Positions 36,562-46,727 of a stretch of DNA of 64,000 nucleotides are shown here, piece after piece. The stretch lies in contig CADBFX010000002.1 in assembly GCA_902794125.1 (NCBI GenBank), positions 6,272 through 70,271 of the forward strand, read 5' to 3'. The position numbers were made by a program, and so were the translations under genes. Position 1 is the first letter of the stretch, and the number at the start of each line of letters is the position of its first letter. The notes under the pieces were generated by a model. That model was not told the DNA's origin. It saw only the letters and a list, made by a program, of their open reading frames with translations, and made no database searches. Source of the stretch: an uncultured Elusimicrobium sp. Its GTDB lineage: Bacteria > Elusimicrobiota > Elusimicrobia > Elusimicrobiales > Elusimicrobiaceae.

Positions 36562-37023
36562 ATGTTAGAAAGTAGTTTTACCTTACTACGCGATATGGGA
36601 ACGATCGTGTTGGAAAATGGCGACGAAGTCCGTTTTAGTATAGATGCTTACCACGGGTTTCGCTACGTATCGGTGCGGCGCTATTTAAAAACGGATACTT
36701 TTGCCGGGGCAACGCGCGACGGAGTAACATTAACTCCGGAAATTGTGCATGCCTTGGTGCCGCGGCTGTTGAATTTGCCCCAAGATATTAAGGCGTTAAA
36801 AGACGGCGTAATTGGTAAGTTTGCCAAGCGGCCCGGTATTTGCATTGTGGCTTCTATCGGTACGTTTAAAGGCCATCGCGGACTGGATTTGCGCCAATGG
36901 CAGGAAGACGTCGGCTGGACCAAAAAAGGAATTTGGTTGCCGCTTGAAAAATTGCCGGAAGTCAAAAACCTGTTTCAAAAAACCATAGAAGCGTTGGATG
37001 AAAAGCCGACCGATGATTTTTAA
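36562..37023 (+). CDS. PC4/YdbC-like ssDNA-binding protein, tandem domains
   Basis: Two similar units: (Y/F).G.R.(V/L).(V/L)R.(Y/W)...T(R/K).G(V/I).L. Confidence 0.65.
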   Translation: MLESSFTLLRDMGTIVLENGDEVRFSIDAYHGFRYVSVRRYLKTDTFAGATRDGVTLTPEIVHALVPRLLNLPQDIKALKDGVIGKFAKRPGICIVASIGTFKGHRGLDLRQWQEDVGWTKKGIWLPLEKLPEVKNLFQKTIEALDEKPTDDF

Positions 37024-37047
37024 GAATTTCTCCTCTTCCCCCTCAAC

Positions 37048-37077
37048 AAAAAAGCCCCGTTTAAACGGGGCTTTTTT
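37048..37077. terminator. bidirectional terminator
   Basis: AAAAAAGCCCCGTTTAAACGGGGCTTTTTT. Confidence 0.88.
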
Positions 37078-37090
37078 ATGAACAGATTAC

Positions 37091-38644
37091 TTATTTTGTA
37101 GGTTGGGCCGAAACGCCATTTTTTTCTAACATTTCTTTTGCATTTTCAAATACGCTGTCCGGCAAGATATCTTTCATGCATTTAAAATGACCTTCCGGAC
37201 ATTTTTTGCTGCCGTGTAAGGCGCAAGGCCGGCAAGCCAAATCTTTGATTTCCATGACGCGGTGCCCTTCTCCGTACGGGAAGAACCCGAGTTCGCGCGT
37301 GGTCGGCCCAAAGATGGCCAATGTCGGCACGTCAAAGGCCGTAGCGATATGCATGGGGCCCGAGTCGTTAGTAATAAATAACTTAAAATGCTGCATAAGT
37401 GCCATTAAGTCAGCTAAACTGGTTTTACCACACAGGTTGGCCGCGTGGCCTTCGGAAAGTTGGCAGATTTTTTCGCCCAAGTCAGCGTCTTTTTTCCCAC
37501 CGCCAACTAATACTACTTGTATGCCAAGTTCCGTTTGCAAGCGGGTAATGAGTTTAACAAAATGTTCCATGGGCCAGCATTTGGTCGGCCAGGCACTACC
37601 TGCATGAACGCCTACGAGCGTTTTACCTTCCAAATTAAAATCTTTCATCAAGCGTTCCACATTTTCTTCGGCGGACGGCGCATAGCGCATGTTTAATTTT
37701 TCAGCGGTGAATTTTTCTTTGACAATGCCTTGCAAGAGCGATAAGTTGCGTTCCGCATCGTGAATCATCCAAGAGAACGGAACGGTTTTTGTGTACAGAA
37801 ACCACCCTTCGCTGGAAGTGAACCCAATGCGCACCGGCACGTGGGACATCCAGGCAATTAACGCACTTCTGAAACTACGGTGCGGCACTAACAAGATATC
37901 AGCTTTGGTATCGCGGATAGCCCGGGCTGTTTTCCAAACGCCGAAAATTTTATTCCATCCCTTTTTATCATTTAAAATAATTTGGGAAATTTCTTTCATG
38001 GGGCGGAAAATGTCTTCCGTTTGCGGACGGGTAATTACCACGATTTTGGCTTCCGGGAAGAGTTTGGCCGTTTTTTGGATTAGCGGCGTAGTGAGCACGC
38101 TGTCGCCGATAAAAGAAGTTTGGAAAATGGCAATGGTATTTACTTTTTTACCGTTTCCGTTCTCTTCGGTGTGTTTATAAGCCCAGTCGCCCAGTTTAGG
38201 AGCTTTGTAAGTAACCGGGATATTCCATTCTTTCAGTGCGTTTAAATATTTTTCCAGCGTATGTTTTTCCAACACCGGGGAAGTTTTACGAAAACGTACA
38301 AACATCCGGCGGGCGACGGCATTTTTGTCGTAGCGAACGCGGTTGGGAATTTTGCTAAAAAATCCCATTAATATCGTTTTTAACGTGCCGTGTAAATCTA
38401 ACAAATGAGTGAACTGACCCGCGCGGATTTGACGGATGTTGCCCCACAAACTTTTTTTGGCTACCATAATTTCGTCAATATCCGGGTGCCCGGCCAACAC
38501 TTGGGCAAACTGCGGCTTAACAAGAAGAGTGATGTGTGCGTCCGGCCAAGCGGCTTTAATGTTCTTATATACCGGGGAAGAAAGTACAATATCTCCTAAA
38601 GAAGATAAACGTATTACCAGAATTTTAGGCTTTTGTTTGTTCAT
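37091..38644 (-). CDS. waaF: LPS heptosyltransferase (GT9) with duplicated N-terminal domain
   Basis: IRLSSLGDIV and FQTSFIGDSV N-domains; KCWP, NDSGPMHIA, FGPT and CRPC..HG...CP..HF.CM in the C-domain. Confidence 0.8.
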   Translation of the reverse strand: MNKQKPKILVIRLSSLGDIVLSSPVYKNIKAAWPDAHITLLVKPQFAQVLAGHPDIDEIMVAKKSLWGNIRQIRAGQFTHLLDLHGTLKTILMGFFSKIPNRVRYDKNAVARRMFVRFRKTSPVLEKHTLEKYLNALKEWNIPVTYKAPKLGDWAYKHTEENGNGKKVNTIAIFQTSFIGDSVLTTPLIQKTAKLFPEAKIVVITRPQTEDIFRPMKEISQIILNDKKGWNKIFGVWKTARAIRDTKADILLVPHRSFRSALIAWMSHVPVRIGFTSSEGWFLYTKTVPFSWMIHDAERNLSLLQGIVKEKFTAEKLNMRYAPSAEENVERLMKDFNLEGKTLVGVHAGSAWPTKCWPMEHFVKLITRLQTELGIQVVLVGGGKKDADLGEKICQLSEGHAANLCGKTSLADLMALMQHFKLFITNDSGPMHIATAFDVPTLAIFGPTTRELGFFPYGEGHRVMEIKDLACRPCALHGSKKCPEGHFKCMKDILPDSVFENAKEMLEKNGVSAQPTK

Positions 38645-39905
38645 AATTATCCACCAATTCTATAATTTTGTCGGTCGCTCCTTTGAAGCTGAGCGCCGTG
38701 GCGCGGGCGTGAACAGACATATTTTCCAGTTGTTCAGGGTCCGCCATTAAACGCAAAACGGTTTGTTTGAAATTCGTTTCATCTACGAGTACTCCCCCGC
38801 CGGATTCCAACAAGGCTTGGGCGGTTAGCGGGGCATTATAAAAGTGTTTTCCGAAAAGAACGGTTTTAGCCAAAATAGCAGGTTCCAGTAAATTGTGCGC
38901 ACCGCGCGGAGCGATAGATCCTCCCACAAAAGTCAGTGTAGCGCGGGAATATAAGGATTGTAACAATCCCATCACATCAGCACAAAGTACATCTAAATTT
39001 TTGCCTAATTTCCCTTCGCTCAGTAGCGCATAGTGTAAGCCGCTTCTGCGTAACGTTTCGCGAATTTCCGGCATGCGCTCCAAATGGCGGGGCGCAAAGA
39101 TGATTTTTATTTCGTGGCGGATCAGTTCCTGCGCGGAGCGGAATAAAATAGTTTCTTCTACCGGGTGAGTGCTGCCAAGCACTAAAATTTGTTTTCCGTT
39201 CCAGCCAAGTGTAGTAAGCATTTCATCTACTTCGGCGGTGCGGGCCGGAGCATCGTTTAAAGTGTCGTATTTGATGTTGCCGCAGACGGATATTACTTCT
39301 TCCGGAAGTCCGATACGCGTGTAATATTCGGCGGCTTCTTTGGTTTGTAAGGCCGCTAACACGAGCGGTTTGAAAATGCGTTTAAAAAGGGGTTTTAACA
39401 GACTATACGCTCGGGCAGAGCGGGCAGAAATGCGGCCGTTAATAATAAAGGTGGGCAAGTTAGCCCGGTTGGCGGCTTCCAGTAAATTGGGCCAAATTTC
39501 CCGTTCCACAATAAAAAGACGGTGCGGCTTGGCTATTCGGATAAACCGGCGGCAGGCCGGATAAAAATCCAATGGCATCAAAAGCGCTTTGGTAATAGCG
39601 GGGTTTTTTAGAGCCGTTTCTTTACCGGCTTGCGTGGAAGTGGTGAGCAAAATAGGACGTTGATATTTTTCTTTCAGGCGCAGGATAATTTCCCGGATAG
39701 ATAGCACTTCCCCCACGCTGGCACAATGAAACCAAATGGCACCGGTAGGGATATCGCCTTCTTTTTCCAACCCGAAACGTTCACGTAATTCCTGCCCTAG
39801 ATGTTTTAGTAGGCCGCGCCGGGCGGAAAACAAAAAACCAATGATTACACACAGCGCTGCCAACGGAAAAATCAAATTAGTCAGCCACAATAATATAAGT
39901 CCCAT
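38625..39905 (-). CDS. waaA: 3-deoxy-D-manno-octulosonic acid transferase
   Basis: IWFHCASVGE, EREIWPN, NGRIS, GNIKYD, GSTH, APRH, FVGGS and HNLLEPA motifs. Confidence 0.95.
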   Translation of the reverse strand: MGLILLWLTNLIFPLAALCVIIGFLFSARRGLLKHLGQELRERFGLEKEGDIPTGAIWFHCASVGEVLSIREIILRLKEKYQRPILLTTSTQAGKETALKNPAITKALLMPLDFYPACRRFIRIAKPHRLFIVEREIWPNLLEAANRANLPTFIINGRISARSARAYSLLKPLFKRIFKPLVLAALQTKEAAEYYTRIGLPEEVISVCGNIKYDTLNDAPARTAEVDEMLTTLGWNGKQILVLGSTHPVEETILFRSAQELIRHEIKIIFAPRHLERMPEIRETLRRSGLHYALLSEGKLGKNLDVLCADVMGLLQSLYSRATLTFVGGSIAPRGAHNLLEPAILAKTVLFGKHFYNAPLTAQALLESGGGVLVDETNFKQTVLRLMADPEQLENMSVHARATALSFKGATDKIIELVDNYEQTKA

Positions 39906-39993
39906 ATGTTCCTATTATATGAAATTTGAACCCTTGCTGTTTAGTTTTGCAAAAATACGCGGCCTTTTTTATTGACAAGACCGCGTATAAAAA

Positions 39994-42183
39994 TTATTCA
40001 TTTACTGTATCTTCTGCAGGTTTCTTTTTAAATAAACTACCCAGAGCTTTTACCGTTGCCTGGGCGGCTTTAGCCGTATCATTTGCAGCAGTGGAGGCAG
40101 CTTTTCCGGTTGTTTTAGCGGCACCCGAAGCCACATTTCCTGCCGTGCTAGCCGTTCCTTTGGCGGCCGCTTTTGCGGTTTTGACGCTTAAGATACCGCT
40201 TACTACGGAGCCCACCGTATTTAACACATCTAATTTCCCGGTAGGATTATCCAACGTGCCGCCGATTTTAATAATAACCGGCGTTTGCTTGGTAATCAAG
40301 GTAGCCGATACTTTCATATCCAGCACGTTGGTGTTGAAATCCAACGTACCGCTTCCGTTTAAGTTAGTAAGAGAAGAAACAAACGACGTTTTGGTAATGG
40401 CCATGTTTCCATTGGTGAACGTGTAAAGGCCTTCCCCGCTTGTAAAGGAAATTTCGCCTTTACGGGCGTTGGCAGACGCTTCAAACAAGTTGATATTTAA
40501 TTTGCCGGCGACCGAGTGAATAATTTTAAGCGGCAGTAAAATCAAACGGGCTACTTTGCTTTGTTTTATGAGATTGTCTAAGTTGGTAATAGCTCCCGGT
40601 TGCAGGGCAAAGGTGACTGTACCGTTTGCTTTGTTCATAGATTCGGTAACATTTGTTAAGGCAATGTTAGCAGAGAATCCCTCCGAGCGGAAGTAAGGAA
40701 CCGAAATCTCCCCTATGTTTAAGTCCGCGCGGATATTCATGGGTTGTTCCGTCGCAGTAGTTTGGTTAGATGGGGTAGAAGCGGTTTCTTCTGCGGTTGT
40801 TTCGCTTTGCTCAAAAGACGGGAGGTCGGTAAGCGTTAATTTGTCTAGTTGAAGTTGCAATCCTATATCCATTACATCTTTGATTTCTTTATATGTAGCG
40901 GAAGCAGTAAACGTTTCTCCGTTTAATTTACCGCGTAGCGATGGAATGGAGATATTCTGCAAGGAGTTTAACTGAATGGTGCCGTCCGTTTCCGATAAAG
41001 TAAAAGGTTTATACAAAGCACGTAATTGACGTAAGGTAATAGTGCCGCTGATATCTTTTCCGTCTTTTTTATCGGTTGCTTTGAACTTGCCGGAAATAGT
41101 ACCGGTGGGGCTGAAATTAATGGAATCCGTCATTTTCACTAGTTGCGCAATGTCGGCTTTTAAATTGCCGGTGATGGCGTAAGTGACGTTTTCTCCCCCC
41201 CAGCCGACGTTGCCAGCCGCGTTAAGCGCACTATCCAATACGGTCATAGCGGCGTTGGAGATGACGGCGGTGTCGTGATCTAAATCAATAGAGGCCTTTA
41301 GGGCTAGATTAATCACCGGTAACGTAAAGTTTGGTAAGTCCGGTAAAAAGTCGATAAATGACAAATTGCTAAGGCCGGACAAAGCCCCGGTTAAATCCAC
41401 TAGCGGAGCATTAAAATTTTCCACTTTGCCTTTTAACACAACACGCACATTTTTGTAGGTGGCTGAGATGTGGTCCACCAGTGCGTAAGCATTTTCCATT
41501 TGCAAATTGGCCAAAAAGAGTTTTAAATCTATTTCTACCGGCACAAGTACGTTGGGGCCGGTTCTATCCTGAAATTGAGAAGTAAAATTGACGGTGGCCG
41601 AAAAAGGTTCGTCCAAATCAAAGTTATTAATATTAAGGTTTAAGTTGTCCAGCCCTGCGTTCGTACCGGTTTCTAAATCCTTATAGCGCAAGTTGCAGTT
41701 GGTAACAATTATGTGTTCGGCCGTAACAGCCACGGAGGAGGTTTCCTGGGTAGTGGTAGCGGGAACGGGTGTTTGTTCTTCGGTGGTAGAGGTAATTAAC
41801 GAGTCAAAATTAAAGCTGCCGTCTTTTTGCTGCACAATATTTACGTCCAGCCCATCTACTAAAATGGTTGAAATTTCTACGCGTTTTTTAAGTAGTGGCA
41901 ACAACGCTACTTTGGCTTGCAGTTTGTTGGCTTTTACAAAGGTACCATCTGCAAAGGAGGTGTTTTCCGACATGGAAAAGTTAGAGAGCGTAACTCCGAT
42001 TAAATTAAAAGAAATTTTATCAAATGCGATTTCCCGGTGTAATGTGTTTTGTGCATAAGACAACGTCATCGCTTTGATTTTTTCCGGCGGATACATCCAC
42101 CGCAATACGGCCAATGCTGCTACTAACAAAACGGCTGACACGCCGGCAAGAATGAAACTCCACTTCATTAACTTTTTTATCAT
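39994..42183 (-). CDS. AsmA family protein
   Basis: N-terminal anchor, LLPLL.K.V.I, DGSFNFD, beta-taco repeats and C-terminal IGGTLDNP. Confidence 0.88.
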   Translation of the reverse strand: MIKKLMKWSFILAGVSAVLLVAALAVLRWMYPPEKIKAMTLSYAQNTLHREIAFDKISFNLIGVTLSNFSMSENTSFADGTFVKANKLQAKVALLPLLKKRVEISTILVDGLDVNIVQQKDGSFNFDSLITSTTEEQTPVPATTTQETSSVAVTAEHIIVTNCNLRYKDLETGTNAGLDNLNLNINNFDLDEPFSATVNFTSQFQDRTGPNVLVPVEIDLKLFLANLQMENAYALVDHISATYKNVRVVLKGKVENFNAPLVDLTGALSGLSNLSFIDFLPDLPNFTLPVINLALKASIDLDHDTAVISNAAMTVLDSALNAAGNVGWGGENVTYAITGNLKADIAQLVKMTDSINFSPTGTISGKFKATDKKDGKDISGTITLRQLRALYKPFTLSETDGTIQLNSLQNISIPSLRGKLNGETFTASATYKEIKDVMDIGLQLQLDKLTLTDLPSFEQSETTAEETASTPSNQTTATEQPMNIRADLNIGEISVPYFRSEGFSANIALTNVTESMNKANGTVTFALQPGAITNLDNLIKQSKVARLILLPLKIIHSVAGKLNINLFEASANARKGEISFTSGEGLYTFTNGNMAITKTSFVSSLTNLNGSGTLDFNTNVLDMKVSATLITKQTPVIIKIGGTLDNPTGKLDVLNTVGSVVSGILSVKTAKAAAKGTASTAGNVASGAAKTTGKAASTAANDTAKAAQATVKALGSLFKKKPAEDTVNE

Positions 42184-42191
42184 AAAGTCCT

Positions 42192-42506
42192 CTATTTTTC
42201 TTTTTCGTCGGTTTTAATTACTTCGGCTTCAATAATATTGTCTTGTTCCAGTTTTTGTTGCCGAAAAGAAACCAAATCTTTATGTAGTAGTGATAAGATA
42301 AATAACACAAAAGCTCCGTCGTCCGTAATACCTAACACGGGCAATACATCCGGCAGCATATCAATGGGGCTAATTAAATAAATTACACACAAAATAGCCC
42401 AAAAAAACGTGCTCCACGGCATTTTATATTTGCCACGTAAAATGGCCCATACCATGGGGAAGAAAGAGGCAAGATCCGAAAAAACAGTCTTAGGGTTTAG
42501 TTGCAT
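42192..42506 (-). CDS. YkvA/DUF1232 family protein
   Basis: YLISPIDMLPDVLPVLGITDD motif. Confidence 0.9.
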   Translation of the reverse strand: MQLNPKTVFSDLASFFPMVWAILRGKYKMPWSTFFWAILCVIYLISPIDMLPDVLPVLGITDDGAFVLFILSLLHKDLVSFRQQKLEQDNIIEAEVIKTDEKEK

Positions 42507-42578
42507 ACATGTTCCTTCTAAAAAATAGGAGTCCCTGACAACGGGCAGGGGCTCCCTGGTTTTAAAAAATGATAAATC

Positions 42579-43754
42579 TCATTTGGACATTTTAATAGTG
42601 GAATCACTATCGTCGTCTTTATGGGATTTGTTTTGCGGCATTTGTTCCCATTTGGTTCGTTCCAATTCAATCTGCTTGGCCATTTCATCATCAAATAAAA
42701 TGGTAGGCATGCGGTCTTCTTCTTCCATTACTTTGATGTTTTCTTCCGGCTTAGGCTGATATACTTGGTCCAAATGTTCTTCGGTCAAGTCTTCTTCCAT
42801 TTCGCTGGAATGAAGCGTAGATTGAAAAACCTCCACTTCAATTTTGGGCTTTTCGGCTTGTTGTATTTGGACCAAATCCGCCCCGTTTAATGTTTGGGTG
42901 GAGAGCAGTTGTTCTTCCGAAATTGTATTGGAACCCACTACTTCCGGTTTGTCCATATCAATAAACAGTAAGGTGAAATAAGCTCCGCTTGCGGCACCCA
43001 GTCCCCAAGCAATCACCCCCAAAATAAAGGGAAAAATCATAAAGACAAACGAGTGCGTATTCATGCCGCTCATGGTTAACGGAACTACCACTGCAACTAA
43101 AACTGCTACCAGCACGCCGTAGACTACAAGCGGCAGGAGGCCTAGTATAAAGGCGCAAAACAATTTGCCAAAGTTGCCGCGGGATAAATCCCACGCGTAG
43201 GAGCACGCTTCAATCGGCCCTTGTCCGCGCAGGGCAATGGCAAAGGGCACGAAGAGTAGTAAGCGAATCAGAATATATACAAATATGATTGCGCCCACAA
43301 TCCCTAAGCCGGTTAGCATAGACGGGGACGGCGCAACCATGCCAAATTGGCGAAGCAAAAGAGCTGCGGCAAAGGCAAGAGCCGCCACACAGATGTATAA
43401 CAAAATCATAAACAGCAGGTGGTAGATGCTCGGTAAAAACGAATTGGAAAAAGACTCGCCAAACCCATTATCCAATTTTTCTGCTTTGGAACCGAAGATC
43501 CGAATAGTTAATACGGTGATAAAAGATTGAAAAAATAGCTGAAAAAGAAATAAGATTATTCCGCCAATGGCTAACAATGCTAAAGAGCCAAGAGGCACAG
43601 CTGTCATTTGGAAGAAAAACGCACCAGCGAAATAGATCCCAGCTCCTAACCCGGAAATAACGAGTACACCTAGGAGTTGGCCTATCGAACGAAAAGTAAT
43701 TCTAAACCCTTCTACTAATAGTTCAAATAATGAACGACGTCGTGTTAGTTCCAT
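42579..43754 (-). CDS. polytopic membrane protein with acidic cytoplasmic tail
   Basis: About 6 TM helices; GPIEACSYAWDLSRGNF resembles GDPD-membrane/DUF975-like domains. Confidence 0.7.
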   Translation of the reverse strand: MELTRRRSLFELLVEGFRITFRSIGQLLGVLVISGLGAGIYFAGAFFFQMTAVPLGSLALLAIGGIILFLFQLFFQSFITVLTIRIFGSKAEKLDNGFGESFSNSFLPSIYHLLFMILLYICVAALAFAAALLLRQFGMVAPSPSMLTGLGIVGAIIFVYILIRLLLFVPFAIALRGQGPIEACSYAWDLSRGNFGKLFCAFILGLLPLVVYGVLVAVLVAVVVPLTMSGMNTHSFVFMIFPFILGVIAWGLGAASGAYFTLLFIDMDKPEVVGSNTISEEQLLSTQTLNGADLVQIQQAEKPKIEVEVFQSTLHSSEMEEDLTEEHLDQVYQPKPEENIKVMEEEDRMPTILFDDEMAKQIELERTKWEQMPQNKSHKDDDSDSTIKMSK

Positions 43755-43808
43755 AAATTTCTCCTTTACTATTTTTATTATAGCAAAACATAGGTCGTAA
43801 AATGCAAA

Positions 43809-45005
43809 TTAAAATTTATTTTTTAAATGTTGTGCTGCCACGTAGGCACTGCTCCAGGCCCAATGCAAATTAAACCCGCCCATGCGCCCGGTAACATCCA
43901 GAGCTTCTCCTATTACATACATTCCCGGTGTTTGGCGAACTTCCATCGTAGACGGATTAATTCCGCGCGTGTCTAAACCGCCGGCTGTTACTTCAGCTTT
44001 TGTGTAGCCGGATGTCCCTACGGGGATACATGTAAAATGATGAATTAGCCGGGCGGCCTTGTCTAATTCGGCACGGGATGCGTTGGCTAAATCTCTATCC
44101 TGCGTGCCAAGCAAGATTTTGGCGATTTTTTTAGTCGGGAAATAATCGGCTATTACTTGCGAAAACAAGCGGGAAGAATTTTTATGCGCAGCAAAAATAC
44201 GACTTACATTTTGAGAGGGTAAAAAATCAATTTCCACTTGTTGGCCGGGTTGCCAGAATAAGGAGGTTTGCAAAATTGCCGGGCCGCTAAAACCGTCATG
44301 CGTAAAAAGCAAAGCATCCGTTTCGGTGTGTTTTTCACAACTAACTCGGGCAGGTAAACTGTTGCCAGCCAGTGTGCTAAAAACAGTTCGTAAATTTTTG
44401 GGTAAAGTAAATCCACACAAGGCCGGTTGTTGTTCTACAAAGGGCCAGTTTTCTTGTTGGGCCATTTTAGTAATAAAGGAGTTTCCACCTAATTCGGGGT
44501 AGGATATTCCCCCCGTGGCCAGAACTACGTGTTGGGCTTGAATCGTGCCGGCGGATGTGCGCAAACAGAAAACCCCGTTCATTTGCTGGATATCTAATAC
44601 CCGCACATTGGTTGCCAGGCGGGTGTGATGTTCTTTGGCGCGTTTAACGAGCAAGTGCACTATATCGCGGGCGGAAGATTTGGTAAATAGACGGCCTTGC
44701 TCGCGCTCTTCCAACGGAATGCGGGCCTGGTCTAATAACCGGATAAAATCGTCTGCCTTAAAAGCCGCCAACGCACTTTTGCAAAAATGTTTTTGCGCAC
44801 AACGGTAATCGGCCGGTGAAACAAATCTATTGGAAAAGTTGCATTTCCCCCCGCCGGAAACGCTTACTTTTAGGGCGGGCTTTTCCAGGGCTTCCAGCAC
44901 AATTTTGTTTGCATCAAAACTGCCCGCACAAAATAATCCCGCGGCCCCGCCACCGACGATAGCCGTATGAAATATAGTTTGTTTATCTTCGGGTAAAAGA
45001 CTCAT
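43809..45005 (-). CDS. BaiN/YhiN (HI0933) family flavoprotein
   Basis: GGGAAG, SGGGKCNFSN, ATGGISYP, LFTH.GFSGP, VTAGG and GGFNLHWAW motifs. Confidence 0.93.
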   Translation of the reverse strand: MSLLPEDKQTIFHTAIVGGGAAGLFCAGSFDANKIVLEALEKPALKVSVSGGGKCNFSNRFVSPADYRCAQKHFCKSALAAFKADDFIRLLDQARIPLEEREQGRLFTKSSARDIVHLLVKRAKEHHTRLATNVRVLDIQQMNGVFCLRTSAGTIQAQHVVLATGGISYPELGGNSFITKMAQQENWPFVEQQPALCGFTLPKNLRTVFSTLAGNSLPARVSCEKHTETDALLFTHDGFSGPAILQTSLFWQPGQQVEIDFLPSQNVSRIFAAHKNSSRLFSQVIADYFPTKKIAKILLGTQDRDLANASRAELDKAARLIHHFTCIPVGTSGYTKAEVTAGGLDTRGINPSTMEVRQTPGMYVIGEALDVTGRMGGFNLHWAWSSAYVAAQHLKNKF

Positions 45006-45082
45006 ACTTATAAGATAGCAAAAAAATGGGTAGAATTTGGAAGAATATGCTATACTTTATTAAGAAAAATTACGGATAAGGT

Positions 45083-45562
45083 ATGACAACAGCCACCCTT
45101 ACTTCAACAAAAGAACTACAACAGCGGCTCGATTTTTTTGAGCAAGAATGCCGCCGCCGCGGTTTGCGCGTGACCGAACAACGCCGTGAAATTTTTAAAA
45201 CGGTTGCCTCCTCACATTCTCACCCGAGTGCGGAAGATGTATTTGCCGTGGTGCGTGAAAAAATGTCTAACGTTTCATTAGATACGGTTTACCGTACGTT
45301 AGCCTCGCTAGCGGATATGGAATTGATCCTGCGGGTAGGTACGGCCTATAAAGAACGCTTTGACGGAGATTTGCGTCCGCATGCACACTTTATTTGCTCT
45401 GATTGCGGCGAAGTGTACGACATTTTTTATAATTTGGACCATATGATGCTGCCCTTGCAAGAGGCATTTTCGTGCGGGGACGTGCGCCAAATTAATTTGC
45501 AGTATAAAGGACTTTGTAAACAGTGCCAAGAGAAACGAAAATCGGGTACTGTTTCATTTTAA
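45083..45562 (+). CDS. Fur-family regulator, PerR-like
   Basis: T.QR, HPSAE, SLDTVYRTL, HAHFICSDC and C..C motifs; upstream of rubrerythrin. Confidence 0.9.
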   Translation: MTTATLTSTKELQQRLDFFEQECRRRGLRVTEQRREIFKTVASSHSHPSAEDVFAVVREKMSNVSLDTVYRTLASLADMELILRVGTAYKERFDGDLRPHAHFICSDCGEVYDIFYNLDHMMLPLQEAFSCGDVRQINLQYKGLCKQCQEKRKSGTVSF

Positions 45563-45582
45563 AATAAGTATAGGAGAAATGT

Positions 45583-46122
45583 ATGGAACTCAAAGGCTCT
45601 AAAACTGAAAAAAACCTGCAAACGGCTTTTGCGGGTGAATCACAAGCTCGTAACAAATATACGTACTATGCTTCTAAGGCAAAAAAAGAAGGATTTGTGC
45701 AAATCGCCAAAATCTTTGAAGATACCGCCAACAACGAAAAAGAACACGCCAAATTATGGTTCAAAGCTTTGCACGATAATGATATTCCCACCACCGCTGC
45801 CAACTTATTAGATGCGGCCAACGGCGAAAACTATGAATGGACCGATATGTATGTTCAATTTGCCAAAGAAGCCAAAGAAGAAGGCTTTGATAAACTTGCT
45901 TTTATGTTTGAAGCCGTCGGCAAAATTGAAAAAATGCACGAAGAACGCTACCGCAAACTGTTAAAGAATGTGGAAACGAATGCCGTGTTCCAAAAAGCCG
46001 GTATTGTGATGTGGGAATGTGCCAACTGCGGACACGTAGTAATCGGCGAAAAAGCCCCCGAAGTTTGCCCGGTGTGCAATCACCCGCAAGCCTACTTCAT
46101 GATTCACCCGGAAAACTATTAA
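45583..46122 (+). CDS. rbr: rubrerythrin
   Basis: [21 protein letters not shown] and C-terminal rubredoxin CxxC...CPVC. Confidence 0.96.
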   Translation: MELKGSKTEKNLQTAFAGESQARNKYTYYASKAKKEGFVQIAKIFEDTANNEKEHAKLWFKALHDNDIPTTAANLLDAANGENYEWTDMYVQFAKEAKEEGFDKLAFMFEAVGKIEKMHEERYRKLLKNVETNAVFQKAGIVMWECANCGHVVIGEKAPEVCPVCNHPQAYFMIHPENY

Positions 46123-46141
46123 GTGTATCTGTTTGTATCAG

Positions 46142-46170
46142 AAAGCCCGCTGCGAAAGGCGGGCTTTTTT
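46142..46170 (+). terminator. terminator after rubrerythrin
   Basis: AAAGCCCGC...GCGGGCTTTTTT. Confidence 0.85.
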
Positions 46171-46185
46171 GTTATACTTATATTT

Positions 46186-46725
46186 ATGAAAACCCCAAAA
46201 AAAGTAGCTTATAGCATGGCGTTATTTCTGGCGGGCACACTCACGCGTTTGGGAATTGGCATTTACGTCTTTGTGTGTTGTTGGTTTCACTTGTACGACG
46301 CGTCTTTTTTGGCTTTAGTTGGGGCGGCGGTTCCGTTTATTGTTATTTTGGCAGCATTCTGGATCTTGGGGCGGGCATTCCCGGATGAAATTGTAGATTA
46401 TCGGGCCGGCCTTATAGAATTTCCGTTTGCCACCCCCTCCCAAATTCATTTGGCTGATTTAAAAGAAATACACCTTTTGCCGGAAGAAAGAACCCGCAAA
46501 GGCAACACCAAACAACCCATTGAATTTGTGCTGAATGACGGACAAGTGGTCAAGGGGTATGGCTCTTATAAATTTTTTAGAGACATTAGCGATTATGCCG
46601 AGGTATATGATACGGATGGCACGCCTTTTTATCCTAAAGAAACGTACAAGTGGAGCATTGTGGCAATATGGGGGCTGTCGGCCTTGATTGCAACAGGCGG
46701 AATTTTATCCGTCCTTTGCCACTAG
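46186..46725 (+). CDS. hypothetical membrane protein
   Basis: Three TM helices. Start at ATG 46186, because the ORF-track extension runs through the terminator. Confidence 0.65.
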   Translation: MKTPKKVAYSMALFLAGTLTRLGIGIYVFVCCWFHLYDASFLALVGAAVPFIVILAAFWILGRAFPDEIVDYRAGLIEFPFATPSQIHLADLKEIHLLPEERTRKGNTKQPIEFVLNDGQVVKGYGSYKFFRDISDYAEVYDTDGTPFYPKETYKWSIVAIWGLSALIATGGILSVLCH

Positions 46726-46727
46726 CG

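Noticed and set aside
43791-43807. TAGGTC as a fourth operator site
   Set aside because: Half-site only, in the wrong orientation and spacing relative to the adjacent promoter.
45057-45080. PerR/Fur box upstream of the regulator
   Set aside because: Only a weak AT-rich dyad (TTATTAAGAAAAATTACGGATAA); plausible but not supportable.
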